Notes: generated by a model from the letters alone, not told the origin. A stretch of DNA of 64,000 nucleotides from a virus (IMGVR_UViG_2706795407_000001:26461-90460); one strand, 5' to 3'. Positions 1-9,638 are shown, counted from the first letter of the stretch. Made by a program: numbers and translations.

Positions 1-17
1 AGATAGACGCCTCTGAT

Positions 18-347
18 GTGGTGTCGGGCAAGCTGGACATCAATCGTATCCCTGTGGGTAATAGTGGGTCCACGGTGTGTGTTGGTAATGATTCGCGCCT
101 GTCGGACCAGCGGACACCCTCGGACAACTCGGTGACCCTGGCCAAGATTCAGGACGGTGCGATCACCAACGCGAAGATCAGTACCGGCGCGGCGATTGCG
201 AAATCGAAGCTGGCTTCGGATGTGCAAACCTCACTGGGTAAAGCGGATTCGTCGGTGCAGAAATCCGGCAGCGCGTCCGGGATGTGGATGGGCACCACCC
301 TTCCTGGTACCGGCACGGCGGGTGTGTTGTACGTGGTGGTGCCGTGA
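18..347 (+). CDS. Minor tail/tail-fibre-like protein, C-terminal part (gene probably starts upstream of the window)
   Basis: ORF with tail-fibre-like repeats (VGNDSRLSDQRTPSDNSVT, AITNAKI); stop overlaps next GTG start. Confidence 0.6.
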   Translation: MVSGKLDINRIPVGNSGSTVCVGNDSRLSDQRTPSDNSVTLAKIQDGAITNAKISTGAAIAKSKLASDVQTSLGKADSSVQKSGSASGMWMGTTLPGTGTAGVLYVVVP

Positions 348-1168
348 AAGTTTGGAACGGCACGGCGTTCGTTGACCCCACCGCGTTCAAAGTGTGGAAC
401 GGGTCGGCGTTCGTCAACCCTGAGTTGTACACGTGGAACGGGACCAGCTTTGACAAGGTGTGGCCGTCGTTTGAACCGTTCACGATCTCCAGCGAAGACC
501 CTGGCTACGAGGATCTGATCGACGAGCAGGTGCCCGAGGGCGCATCCGGTTGCTGGGTCACCCTCGGTGGTGCGGGCGGCGGCGGCGGCTCCGGCCGCAG
601 AGCCAACTCCGGCTACCGCTACGGCGGCGGCGGTGGTGGTGGCGGTGGCTACATCGACCGCGTCTGGATTCCACGCGCGTCTCTCGGCTCGACGTATACC
701 CTCGTCCGGGGCCTCGGTGGCGCCGGTGGAGCGCGGGCGGCGGGATCGTCCAACGGCAATAACGGCGCGCCCGGCGGCTCGACTGTGTTCTCGTCCGGCA
801 GCGTTTCCCTGACGGCTAGCGGAGGGGCAGCAGGCGCGAGGGGCACTAACTCGTCGTCCAGCGGAAGCGGCGGGGCCGGCGGTACAACCAGCGTCTCCGG
901 CGTATCCGCAACGGGCTATACAGGTGGTAAAGGCGGCAACGGCGGTAGTAACCCCTCTAGCGGGCAAAGCCGGACGGACGGTTCAGGCGCTGGCGGCGGC
1001 GGCGGGGGCGGCGTGCGTTCCAACGACAACAGCTTCAGCGGCGGTAGCAACGGAACCAGCTCCGGCCCCGCGGGGAACGGCGGCAGGGGGACTGACGGGA
1101 GCATAAACACGGGCGGATCAAACGCAGGCAGCGGCGGTGACGGCTACGTCCTGATCGAGTGGGAATAA
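344..1168 (+). CDS. Glycine-rich minor tail protein
   Basis: GTG at 344 overlapping upstream TGA; KVWNG repeats, long Gly-rich tract, ends GYVLIEWE; lies before lysis cassette. Confidence 0.75.
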   Translation: MKVWNGTAFVDPTAFKVWNGSAFVNPELYTWNGTSFDKVWPSFEPFTISSEDPGYEDLIDEQVPEGASGCWVTLGGAGGGGGSGRRANSGYRYGGGGGGGGGYIDRVWIPRASLGSTYTLVRGLGGAGGARAAGSSNGNNGAPGGSTVFSSGSVSLTASGGAAGARGTNSSSSGSGGAGGTTSVSGVSATGYTGGKGGNGGSNPSSGQSRTDGSGAGGGGGGGVRSNDNSFSGGSNGTSSGPAGNGGRGTDGSINTGGSNAGSGGDGYVLIEWE

Positions 1169-1174
1169 CCCCCG

Positions 1175-1372
1175 CTAACGGTTCGGGTCACCAGCAGCGC
1201 GGAGTTGATACACACGCTGCTTGGAAAGCTTCAGGGCGCGGCCAATGTCATGCCACGTGATGCCGTGGACAGTCATCGCCTCGTAGACGAGGGCAGCCAG
1301 TTCGGCATCAAGCTCGGCGATAGTCGCTGCGCGTTTCTGCCGGTTGGCGATCATGCGGTCGATGATTGTCAC
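1175..1372 (-). CDS. Small HTH DNA-binding protein
   Basis: 65 aa with HTH-like ITWHDIGRALKLSKQRVYQL. Confidence 0.75.
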   Translation of the reverse strand: MTIIDRMIANRQKRAATIAELDAELAALVYEAMTVHGITWHDIGRALKLSKQRVYQLRAAGDPNR

Positions 1373-1520
1373 ATCTAGGAGTGTATCTCAAAGAAACACT
1401 TGTGCACGTGGTCAAACGCGGTTAGACTCGCGTTCATCAACTTGAGACACCGCCCGGCGGGGCGATAGGCCTGAGAAACCAACCCCGCCGGACGGCCCAC
1501 CCCCAACAGGAGGCCCACCA

Positions 1521-1820
1521 ATGCTACGCACCACCACCGCGACTGTCTTCGCAATCGCCGCACTCGCCCTCGGAATACCCGCAGTCGCTGATGCCGCACC
1601 CGCCCACTGCGCGAATCACGGCACAGGCCACGGGCACATCTACAAACACGCCTGCGCTAAGGGTAGCGGCGGCGGCGGTACGGGATGGGTGATGGTGAAA
1701 AACGAGGACGGCACCCCGAAAACCATCGTCAAAGACGGCAAGAAGCATCACCTTTACAAGTGCAAGGCACGCTGCGGCGGCGGCAACTACGCCAAAACCG
1801 TCAAAGGCGAAGATCGTTAA
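1521..1820 (+). CDS. Small secreted protein
   Basis: RBS AGGAGG; signal peptide ending ADA-A; Cys/His-containing mature part. Confidence 0.7.
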   Translation: MLRTTTATVFAIAALALGIPAVADAAPAHCANHGTGHGHIYKHACAKGSGGGGTGWVMVKNEDGTPKTIVKDGKKHHLYKCKARCGGGNYAKTVKGEDR

Positions 1821-2167
1821 ACATTCCGCCACGCCAAACGTCGCACAATCAACGACACAGTAGGCGGTGTCACGTTGAACTCCCGCGCCAGCTCGGCCTG
1901 AGTGAAACCTGACGCATACAGGTGGCGCATGCGCACCACCTGCTCTGGCGTCAGCACATGAGAGGCGGGGAGGGTCCGCTCGCTGTAGACCCTCCTGGCC
2001 TTCTTGTAGCACGACAAACATAAGCCCTTGGCTTTATGCGGCGCGCCACAGTGATGACACGCCTCATGGCTACTGTCGCAACCCTCAACTTCACAGTTCA
2101 CAACCCCGCATCTTAACCGAGCGGGGTTGTTTCTGTATTCAACTTGGAGAAAAACTTTTGCTGGCAA
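1817..2167 (-). CDS. Zn-finger plus HTH protein (true start probably downstream of 2167)
   Basis: CxxC motifs (CHHC, CLSC) and C-terminal HTH TQAELAREFNVTPPTVSLIV. Confidence 0.55.
   Translation of the reverse strand: MPAKVFLQVEYRNNPARLRCGVVNCEVEGCDSSHEACHHCGAPHKAKGLCLSCYKKARRVYSERTLPASHVLTPEQVVRMRHLYASGFTQAELAREFNVTPPTVSLIVRRLAWRNV
2102..2134 (+). terminator. Probable intrinsic terminator
   Basis: AACCCCGC/GCGGGGTT stem followed by GTTTCT. Confidence 0.45.
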
Positions 2168-2448
2168 AAATAGCCTCCATCATCCTACCCATCCTCATCA
2201 GGGCCATCGGCGACTACCTGAAAGACAACCCCGACTTCGTTGACAGCATTGTTGACCGGCTGGGGGACAAACTGGGGGATCGCATCGCGGACCTGCTGCC
2301 CGATTTCTCCTCGCTGCCCGAGGATGTTGCCGAGCAGGTGGGCGGGCTTCTGTCCGGTCTTCCGCGAGAAATCGCTGACGCGCTTCACGGCGTTCTCGGT
2401 GGACTCCCGGTTGTGGGTGGCGCGTTCAGGAACATCCTGGGGGGCTGA
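2158..2448 (+). CDS. Hypothetical protein preceding lysin A
   Basis: 96-aa ORF, RBS GGAG, tightly packed before lysin. Confidence 0.65.
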   Translation: MLAKIASIILPILIRAIGDYLKDNPDFVDSIVDRLGDKLGDRIADLLPDFSSLPEDVAEQVGGLLSGLPREIADALHGVLGGLPVVGGAFRNILGG

Positions 2449-2455
2449 TCCAACT

Positions 2456-3868
2456 ATGGTGGCACGACTGAATGTAGAGTTTGCGAAACGCATTCTCTCT
2501 GACCGAATCGGCAACGCCTACGTGTACGGCGGTAACTGGGACCCGTTCAATCTCAAAACGGGAACCGACTGCTCGGGGCTGGTTGTCGACATCTGTGATG
2601 CGGTGCGGAACGGCACGAGGATGGCGTGGACGCGCCACGGCATGTCCACGGAGTCGTGGCGCCCGCCGTCGATGGGCGGGCGCGCAAACCCCAACAATGG
2701 GCCGTTCGGAACAGTGATGGTGGATCATCCGTCACAATTTCCTGACGATGCTGTTGTAAAAATCGCCATCCACCACGGTCCCGGCGGCGGTAGAAACTCG
2801 CACACCTGGTGTTCCGTCGACGGGATGCGTGGCGAGTCCGCCGGATCTAAGGGCTGCGTCACGGGAAGCGCTGCGCGCGACCCCCACGACACGTCATACG
2901 CCAACAACTGGTGGTATCTGCCCGGACCCATCGTTGAGGACGGAAGCCCCATCACCGAGAACCCGAACGCGGTCACCTGGGGGATCGACATCTCCAACCA
3001 TCAAGGCGAGATGGATTTGAACCGGGTCAAAGCGGAGGGCTTCGATTTCATCTGGTGCAAGGTGTCGGAGGGCGCGAACTATCGCGACCCTTTCTGGCCG
3101 GGTAATCGGGACAAGGCTCGTGAAGCGGGCCTGATCCTCGCCGGATACCACTACGTCCGCACCGGCGACCCAGCCGCGCAGGCACGGACCTTCGTCGAGC
3201 ACCTGGGCGATAAGTCAATTCCCGCCATGCTGGATTTCGAGGACGGATCGGGAAACATCGATCAGTTCTGGGCAGTTAAGGCAGAAATCGAGAAGCTTGG
3301 CGTCAGTGTGCGCCTTTCCTACATTCCGGACTGGTATTGGGAGCGCATCGGGAAACCCGACCTCTCAAAGGTTCCGGGACTAATCTCGTCCGAGTATGTC
3401 AGCGGCACGGGCTACGCATCGGTGCTGTACCCGGGCAATTCAAGCAACTTCTGGAAGGCCTACGGCGGCCGAACCCCCGACGTCCTGCAGTTCACCGACA
3501 GGGCGTTGGTGGCAGGCAAGTCTGTTGACGCGAACGCTTTCCGGGGCACACCAGACAAGCTGCGCCAATTGTTGGGCGCGGGAGGAGATGATCCTTTGGC
3601 AAATCCCGAAATCGAACGCATGGTGCGTGAAATTCACGGCTGCCTATTTAACAAAATTCCGTCCCAGTCGAAGTACAAGACGGCGGGGGAGGGCGCTCGT
3701 TGGCAACTCCACGAACTTATCAAGAATGACGATGCGCTTCTGCATGAAATGTACGTGGAGCGCCAGGCCATGATGGGCAATCCCGAGGCTCTAGCCCTTG
3801 TCAGGCGCGAAGCTGACAGGGGCGACAAGTGGGCAAAAGTTGTCCTCGAATACATTGAGGGGGAGTAA
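2456..3868 (+). CDS. Lysin A (endolysin): N-terminal NlpC/P60-like Cys-His peptidase plus GH25 muramidase
   Basis: ATG at 2456 in frame of ORF 2240..3868; YVYGG...TDCSGLV and HTW; WGIDISNHQG, KVSEG, YHY, MLDFED GH25 motifs. Confidence 0.85.
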   Translation: MVARLNVEFAKRILSDRIGNAYVYGGNWDPFNLKTGTDCSGLVVDICDAVRNGTRMAWTRHGMSTESWRPPSMGGRANPNNGPFGTVMVDHPSQFPDDAVVKIAIHHGPGGGRNSHTWCSVDGMRGESAGSKGCVTGSAARDPHDTSYANNWWYLPGPIVEDGSPITENPNAVTWGIDISNHQGEMDLNRVKAEGFDFIWCKVSEGANYRDPFWPGNRDKAREAGLILAGYHYVRTGDPAAQARTFVEHLGDKSIPAMLDFEDGSGNIDQFWAVKAEIEKLGVSVRLSYIPDWYWERIGKPDLSKVPGLISSEYVSGTGYASVLYPGNSSNFWKAYGGRTPDVLQFTDRALVAGKSVDANAFRGTPDKLRQLLGAGGDDPLANPEIERMVREIHGCLFNKIPSQSKYKTAGEGARWQLHELIKNDDALLHEMYVERQAMMGNPEALALVRREADRGDKWAKVVLEYIEGE

Positions 3869-4248
3869 TGCCCGCTGACGTTGACGTCAAAAACCAAATC
3901 GACGGAGTCCAGGCCGATGGCACACCTAGACCTTGGGCTTGGGTGCGTGTACGCGCACGCACGGTCCTCGGAAATCTGAAAAACAAGCCTTTCGCGCGGG
4001 ACATCAACGGGAATCCCGTTGCATCCACACCATCAGCTCTAGACCACATCATCGGCGCTTCAGAGCAGACCTCGTGGCGGTATGTCGCCTCGGACGGCAC
4101 CGTTTACGATCTGAAGGATTTCGTCATCGTGGCGATCGAGAAGATGATTGCCGAGACCGATCCTGCACAACTCGCCGAATACCGTGACAGGGCGTCCCGG
4201 CTGCGCCCCTGGCCTGCGGGATACGCGGGGAAGCCCGACTTCGAGTGA
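3868..4248 (+). CDS. Hypothetical protein between lysin A and lysin B
   Basis: 126-aa ORF coupled on both sides by start/stop overlaps. Confidence 0.7.
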   Translation: MPADVDVKNQIDGVQADGTPRPWAWVRVRARTVLGNLKNKPFARDINGNPVASTPSALDHIIGASEQTSWRYVASDGTVYDLKDFVIVAIEKMIAETDPAQLAEYRDRASRLRPWPAGYAGKPDFE

Positions 4249-5129
4249 GCGGGTTGTGGCCGGAAATCCGCGCCATGCTCAACGGCGAATTCTACATACC
4301 CGCCGGGACGATCATTACGGCAAACGGCACGGGCGTCCCTGACGGGTCGGGACCGGGGTTTAGTGCAGATTTAGCTCGGGAGCTGGACCGCCGCGCTGAG
4401 GGCATGTGGGTGTGGCGATGGATCAACTATCCCGCCGCAGTGTTTCCCATGCGTCCCAGTATCGGCATTCTGCGAAACAACCTGAAGGCGATGATCCGCG
4501 CCACGCCTGGCAGGCTTGTTCTATCCGCCTACAGCCAGTCGGCTATCGCGTTCGCCTACGTGTGGCGGGACGACATCCTCAACCCCAACGGGGAGCTGCA
4601 TCACCGCCTCGACGATATCGAGGCGATCATCCTGTACGGCGATCCGGTTCGTACGCCGGGTATTGCGTACGGAAACGAACTCGGGGGTGTCGCCCCTCCG
4701 GGCGAAGTGAATGGGCACGTGTCTGGCGGAATCGCTGGCCCGAACTGCCTTCGCCCGGAGGAATGCCTGCATCCGGTGACGGGACGCAGAGTCATCTTGA
4801 GCGTCGCTAATCCTGGCGACCTGTATGCCTCCGCGCCCGTGGGGGAGGTCCCATGGGTAGAGGAGACCGAGGTCGGCGCGCTGGAGACGATGATCTTCGA
4901 GGCGGTGATGGACTTCAATGGTCGGGACTTCTTGGCGTTCGCCAAGGAGATCGCCGAACTGTTCATCAAGCCCCTGTCTCAGGTGCTGCCGCTCGTTCAA
5001 GCGATCTGGAATGGGTTGACATTCCTGGGGCAGGGGTCTTCGGCCCCTCACTGGACATACAACGTAATGCCCGCCGCCGACTATCTGATCGAGCTGGGCG
5101 CAAACATTCGAGAGAGGGGGGTGGCATGA
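4245..5129 (+). CDS. Lysin B (cutinase-like/PE-PPE esterase)
   Basis: NYPAAVFPM, SAYSQSA nucleophile elbow, YGDP, GD, catalytic H near C-terminus; position in lysis cassette. Confidence 0.85.
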   Translation: MSGLWPEIRAMLNGEFYIPAGTIITANGTGVPDGSGPGFSADLARELDRRAEGMWVWRWINYPAAVFPMRPSIGILRNNLKAMIRATPGRLVLSAYSQSAIAFAYVWRDDILNPNGELHHRLDDIEAIILYGDPVRTPGIAYGNELGGVAPPGEVNGHVSGGIAGPNCLRPEECLHPVTGRRVILSVANPGDLYASAPVGEVPWVEETEVGALETMIFEAVMDFNGRDFLAFAKEIAELFIKPLSQVLPLVQAIWNGLTFLGQGSSAPHWTYNVMPAADYLIELGANIRERGVA

Positions 5130-5407
5130 AAATCTTCGGATATGAAGTAAGGGAAGTTCGCAAGTTCATCGCCGCTGCCGTAGGCGGTGCCGCGTCTGTC
5201 GCTAGCCAATTGTTGGCGATGGGTGACGTGTTGCCGCCCCAGGTGGCAAACTGGGCTACGGTGGTGGTGTCTGTAGCGACCGCTCTGGGCGTTTTTGGGG
5301 TGCCTAATCACACTCCCGGTACAATCACCCGTGACGAGCCTAAAAGCCCGTCAGAATCGCTCACAGAGCCCGCTAGAGTGCCGCGCAAGCGGCTACCGGT
5401 GATCTGA
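5126..5407 (+). CDS. Holin
   Basis: ATGA overlap with lysin B stop; two hydrophobic segments; RKFIAAAVG motif; GVFGVPN. Confidence 0.75.
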   Translation: MKIFGYEVREVRKFIAAAVGGAASVASQLLAMGDVLPPQVANWATVVVSVATALGVFGVPNHTPGTITRDEPKSPSESLTEPARVPRKRLPVI

Positions 5408-5409
5408 AC

Positions 5410-5718
5410 GTGAACGCACCGCTCAACGCTGACTCGTGGCTGGACCTTATCGCATACTTGATCATGGCGCTGTCTATGATCGGGGTTGCGGCCATCCCCG
5501 TATGGCTCCAGCGACGCAAAGTGAACGAAATCCATGACCAAGCTGTCAACTCTCACAAGGACAAGGATAATCTTCGTGACCAGATCGACCGTATCGAGTC
5601 GATCATGATCGAAGGGTTTCAGTCTGTGGATCGCCGCCTGGACCGTTTTGAGGGTCGCTTGGAGCGTGAGATTGATGAACGAATAGCTGCCGATAAGCAG
5701 CTTAGAAAAGGAGCTTGA
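5410..5718 (+). CDS. Membrane protein with coiled-coil tail (post-holin)
   Basis: One TM helix then charged coiled-coil; typical gene after mycobacteriophage holin. Confidence 0.7.
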   Translation: MNAPLNADSWLDLIAYLIMALSMIGVAAIPVWLQRRKVNEIHDQAVNSHKDKDNLRDQIDRIESIMIEGFQSVDRRLDRFEGRLEREIDERIAADKQLRKGA

Positions 5719-5750
5719 AACTGTTAGCTGAACCTTCAGCTACAAAGACT

Positions 5751-5819
5751 GCCGCCCAGGGCTGCTCTTCCAGTTATTCCCCGGCTGGAATTGAGCGCCT
5801 TGGGCGGCTTTTTTGTTTT
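5751..5819 (+). terminator. Intrinsic terminator ending the lysis operon
   Basis: GCCGCCCAGG/CCTTGGGCGGC stem with inner TTCCAG/CTGGAA helix, followed by TTTTTTGTTTT. Confidence 0.75.
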
Positions 5820-5856
5820 CGCCCCGTTTGGCCGATGGCTAGGCGGGGCGCTTTTT
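5820..5856 (+). terminator. Second tandem terminator
   Basis: CGCCCCG/CGGGGCG stem then CTTTTT. Confidence 0.6.
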
Positions 5857-6041
5857 GCGTTTCTGATTAGTTCGCCTTACGCCAGGCTGGTGCGGTACGG
5901 CTCGTACAGGTGTCCGTGTTGCATCAGCCTCTAGTCCGGACGTACATGTCCAGCCAGTGCTCGTAGCAGACCCACCCGCAGTAGTTGCGGTAGAATCCTT
6001 TCGCGCCGCATTTGCGACACCTTTTGTCCATAGTCTCCGCC

Positions 6042-6239
6042 CTATGCTGGGTTGCCGCGACTCTCACGCTTGCAGTTGTCGCAAACGGCATAGGGCCATT
6101 CGCGCTTGACAGCGCTGAACTTGGCCTGCGCCCCGGCCAGCGAAAAACTGCCGATAGGCTTGCACTCAAGCTCCTCGCGCCACTCGATCCGTAACGGAAA
6201 ATCTGGTCCGCAGTGCTTGCACCACACGTGTTCCTCCAT
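6042..6239 (-). CDS. Small Zn-ribbon hypothetical protein
   Basis: CKHC and CDNC motifs; in leftward operon. Confidence 0.55.
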   Translation of the reverse strand: MEEHVWCKHCGPDFPLRIEWREELECKPIGSFSLAGAQAKFSAVKREWPYAVCDNCKRESRGNPA

Positions 6240-6276
6240 GCCGATAATGCCGCCGCCTTCTGTCGGGCTACAGGGC

Positions 6277-6540
6277 CTAGGCTCCCACGTGCACCAGCCA
6301 TTCGGCGTCGGTCATGTATCGCTCAGGATCGCAGGCGCACGACTGAATCCAGCCGCCGTTCCAGTCCTCGCGCTGGTCGCGCAGGACGTGCTCACCGTTC
6401 GTAAGCGTGGAAATGAATCGCCGGTAGGCGATGTCGCGCGCCGCGTATTCGGCCTCGGCTCGCGCCAACTCCTTCTTGGCTCGGTCAACGTCTCGCTGCG
6501 CGTGGCCTCTCGCCGTGCCCAACTCGCCTAGTCTGTCCAT
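6277..6540 (-). CDS. Hypothetical protein
   Basis: 87-aa ORF with RBS GAGGA on minus strand. Confidence 0.6.
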   Translation of the reverse strand: MDRLGELGTARGHAQRDVDRAKKELARAEAEYAARDIAYRRFISTLTNGEHVLRDQREDWNGGWIQSCACDPERYMTDAEWLVHVGA

Positions 6541-7030
6541 GCCATCCTCTCGGTTTTCCGATAAGCTTGCGTTGCGTCAGGTTGTTACCTTGAGAACAGT
6601 CATCCATATCGTCTCCGCGATCCTGTCGATGAGCGTCTCGGACAACGTATCTCCGTACTCGTCCCGCAAGTCTCGGTGCATCAGCTCCAAGAACAGCTCA
6701 CCTTGCTCGTAGGTCATGCGATCTTCACCCGCATTTCTCCGTTCGTGTGTGGATAATTTCTCGTTCTGTCATACATTCCGTAAACAGGTTCCTCTTCAGC
6801 CTTTGGCCTGATCTTCGCGCAGGATATTCCTGGATTCTCAAACCATGTTCATGTCCCTCTCAAATATATAGGCCTGGTGAGATGTAGTCGTCCTCTATCG
6901 CTTCGACCACAGTCTGTGTCTGAATATATGCGGCTGTCGCGGCGTTCACCACCACAGCCCCTGCCATAGCGATCTTGCGCATAATCGGGAAGCCCATGCG
7001 GTGGCGAACGAACTTGTTGATGCTCATGGG

Positions 7031-7375
7031 TCACGCGCTCACTTCCGCAAACTCGGCCTCGAAGCGGTCAACGATGTCTGCTGGTATCCGCCCGCGATCC
7101 TTGACGGCGATGCCTTTCCGTTTCGCCCATTCTCGGATGGCGTTGTTCTGTAGTGCTTTCTCTGCTGGGGCCTTGTGTACGGTGGCTACCCGTCGTGGAC
7201 GCTTGTCCTGTACGACTGTGGCGGATTCGATGAATCCGGCGATGGCTTCGCGGAACTCGCCCATCGTTTTTTCTACGAGGTCGATTTTGTAGTGGATCCC
7301 GTCAAACATGAACTCGCGGGTTTCCGCCCCTTCGTCCCCTGTGATGTCATCGACAAGTGTCGTCTTCAGTGCCAT
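7031..7375 (-). CDS. lsr2: Lsr2-like nucleoid-associated protein
   Basis: ATG at 7375 (MALKTTLVDDITG), FMFDGIHYKIDL dimerisation domain, IREWAK...RGRIP AT-hook-like DNA-binding domain. Confidence 0.9.
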   Translation of the reverse strand: MALKTTLVDDITGDEGAETREFMFDGIHYKIDLVEKTMGEFREAIAGFIESATVVQDKRPRRVATVHKAPAEKALQNNAIREWAKRKGIAVKDRGRIPADIVDRFEAEFAEVSA

Positions 7376-7416
7376 TTGGCTTTCTCCTTTGCTTTTCGGG
7401 AATGTCCGATAAGACA

Positions 7417-7445
7417 AAGATAGAGACATTGCGATGGGATGTCAA
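7417..7445 (-). promoter_or_regulatory. SigA-like promoter for lsr2
   Basis: Minus strand TTGACA-17 bp-TATCTT. Confidence 0.6.
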
Positions 7446-7701
7446 CTAGTCAATGATCGGGGAAGTTTATTTGTCGAAACCGCTGGTCACGGCCTGTTCA
7501 TGTCTAGGTTTTGTTGACATTGCCCGCATACTTGGGTGCCGTGATACAGCCACTCTCCGCAGCCGTGGCAGATGTGGGTACCGTAGCGGCAGTGTTCGCA
7601 TCTGGGATCTCTGGCGGTTTTCGGCCCGTGCAGGGTGAGTGGCGTGACGAGCGTGATGACGTTCATTGCTTCATTCTTTCATTGTTAAGGAGTCCGCTTA
7701 A

Positions 7702-8139
7702 CTATGCTCGCACTGGCTGTCGCTTATGGAAGTAGAGCACAGGATGCTCACGGTAGAGGTCTTCGTCGTCGCATGAATCCTCATACAGCTCGTATCCGAG
7801 AAAGTCTCCCACATGCATGTCCAGGTGTGGTTCTATCCACTGGGTGAACGCTTCGACTTCGCTACTGTAGTTTTTGAGCGATGACGCGATGACCAGCTCG
7901 TTATGATACGGCGGCGACCAGTTGTCAGGGTTCTTTCGACGGAAGACGGGTTTACGGCTTTCCTGGTAGACAGCCCCGCCGCCGATGAATACCGACTCCC
8001 AGCGGGGGAGGGTGAAAAACTCGTGGTCATCGAACGGTGTCTGGAACCATCCTTCACCGTTGATGTTCTCGTCCAGCCAGTTTGTTACTGGTCCGCTCCT
8101 GACGTTGACCCTGAAGCACGCCTCCGTGTACATCCCCAT
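7702..8139 (-). CDS. Hypothetical protein
   Basis: 145-aa ORF, RBS GGGA, in leftward operon. Confidence 0.65.
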   Translation of the reverse strand: MGMYTEACFRVNVRSGPVTNWLDENINGEGWFQTPFDDHEFFTLPRWESVFIGGGAVYQESRKPVFRRKNPDNWSPPYHNELVIASSLKNYSSEVEAFTQWIEPHLDMHVGDFLGYELYEDSCDDEDLYREHPVLYFHKRQPVRA

Positions 8140-8146
8140 GTTTCCC

Positions 8147-8356
8147 CTAGAAGCCTGCTGTTCCCATGCCGCGCCAGATCGCGCGGAGATTAACCCACAG
8201 TCGCCACTTCAACACATGCCATCCATCTATCGGTTCACAGTGGCACTCATTGGGAGTTCTCCTGACCAGGTACCATCCATCATCCATCTTGATGGTGAAC
8301 ATGTCGCACAATATTGGTCCGCTGACGGGTTGGGTGAATGCCGCGCGATTGTTCAC
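8147..8356 (-). CDS. Hypothetical protein
   Basis: 69-aa ORF in leftward operon. Confidence 0.4.
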   Translation of the reverse strand: MNNRAAFTQPVSGPILCDMFTIKMDDGWYLVRRTPNECHCEPIDGWHVLKWRLWVNLRAIWRGMGTAGF

Positions 8357-8534
8357 AATTTCGCCTTATGTCGGGTTCACCTGGGGCCACGCATTGCCGC
8401 AGGGGCACTCATGCTCGCCGTCGTGCGTGTGATGCCGCCAGCAGTAGTGGTCGAGGTACTCGGGGTCTGGATTGCCGGGGCACTGCTCATTGCAGGCGCA
8501 GTCACAACACCGTCTCACCATGTTGTCGTCGCCA

Positions 8535-8831
8535 TCAGTCATCCACCCCCGGCAGGTGCAGCACGCGGGCAGGGAACTGGTCGGGGTCGAAGTCATAGGA
8601 CCCCTGACATGCCCCACCGTGTGCATCCAGGAGAACAACCTCGTGCCCGTATCGGTCGATGAGCTCGGCGAGCTCGTCCGCGTTCTCGATGGTGCGGGAC
8701 TTGTGCCACTCGGCGGCGATGGTGTCGGCAAGCATCTTCGCCGAACACTCTTCGCAATCACTCTTGTGTGCGAACATTCCAGCGTGGAGGGCTTTGCTCG
8801 CCACCTCGCGCAAGGTCGGATAGTCAGCCAT
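8535..8831 (-). CDS. Hypothetical protein
   Basis: 98-aa ORF overlapping neighbours. Confidence 0.6.
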   Translation of the reverse strand: MADYPTLREVASKALHAGMFAHKSDCEECSAKMLADTIAAEWHKSRTIENADELAELIDRYGHEVVLLDAHGGACQGSYDFDPDQFPARVLHLPGVDD

Positions 8832-9273
8832 GGTTAGTCTCGTTGTTGTTGGGGCAGCGTGGGTTTCCTGCGCATGTGCAGTCGATTCCGCCGCCGACGA
8901 TTTCGGGGCATTTGCCGCAGCACCCGACAGCTATTCGCAGTAGAGCGTGTAGGCGGTCGATTTCGTCGGCCTGGCGGGCCACGACGTCGACCCAGTAGCG
9001 GTACTCCCGCCCGTGCCAAGGGCAGGTTTCTTCGGGTCCGTTCGTCGTTTCCGGGTTGGTGTCGCAGATGCAGTCGCCGTCACGTTCCCGCTTCATGGCG
9101 CGCTGGCGTTCGACGTGCTCGACCCAGGGGCCACCGGCCCGCAACCGATCGATCTCTTCTGCCGTGTCGGCTATTACCTGCACGACCTCGGCGGCGTCTT
9201 CGATGTGCAGCAGCCTCGGGTCAGAGCTGACTCGCTCAAGCAGTTCGCGTGCCCGGTAGGCAACATCACTCAT
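8824..9273 (-). CDS. Hypothetical protein (Cys-rich)
   Basis: 149-aa ORF, ATGA overlap with next gene. Confidence 0.65.
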   Translation of the reverse strand: MSDVAYRARELLERVSSDPRLLHIEDAAEVVQVIADTAEEIDRLRAGGPWVEHVERQRAMKRERDGDCICDTNPETTNGPEETCPWHGREYRYWVDVVARQADEIDRLHALLRIAVGCCGKCPEIVGGGIDCTCAGNPRCPNNNETNHG

Positions 9274-9638
9274 CGGTCAGTCTTTCTCAGCAACTTGCGA
9301 ATGCGGAACATTCGCCGCTCACGGTCCACGCTCTCTTCGCGCGCCTCGTCGACCGCCTCACTCCAGATGCGGCTGGCGCTTTTGTCGCGGACGTGAAGAC
9401 GATGCGCTTCTTTTAACTCGTCCAGCTCGGCCCGCAGGCGCTCGTTCTCGGCCAGCAGTTCACTGACCAGTTCCGGCGCGGCAGCGATGAACTCGGCCTC
9501 TCTGGGCGAACGGCATAGCGCCTTCTGTGAGTCGGCGGCGTACACCCCCCACCCCTGTGGCAGGGGCTCGACATCCCAAGGTCGGTAGGGGTCGATGCCT
9601 GCGAGTAGTTCCCGCGCCCGGTCAACGATGTCACTCAT
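9270..9638 (-). CDS. Hypothetical protein (PW...AEFIAAAP mycobacteriophage family)
   Basis: 122-aa ORF with AEFIAAAPELVSELLAE motif. Confidence 0.65.
   Translation of the reverse strand: MSDIVDRARELLAGIDPYRPWDVEPLPQGWGVYAADSQKALCRSPREAEFIAAAPELVSELLAENERLRAELDELKEAHRLHVRDKSASRIWSEAVDEAREESVDRERRMFRIRKLLRKTDR

Noticed and set aside
149-967. 272-aa minus-strand ORF
   Set aside because: Antisense shadow of the Gly-rich tail gene; low-complexity, no RBS or motif.
560-1140. GGC-rich tandem repeats
   Set aside because: Explained by Gly codons of the tail protein.
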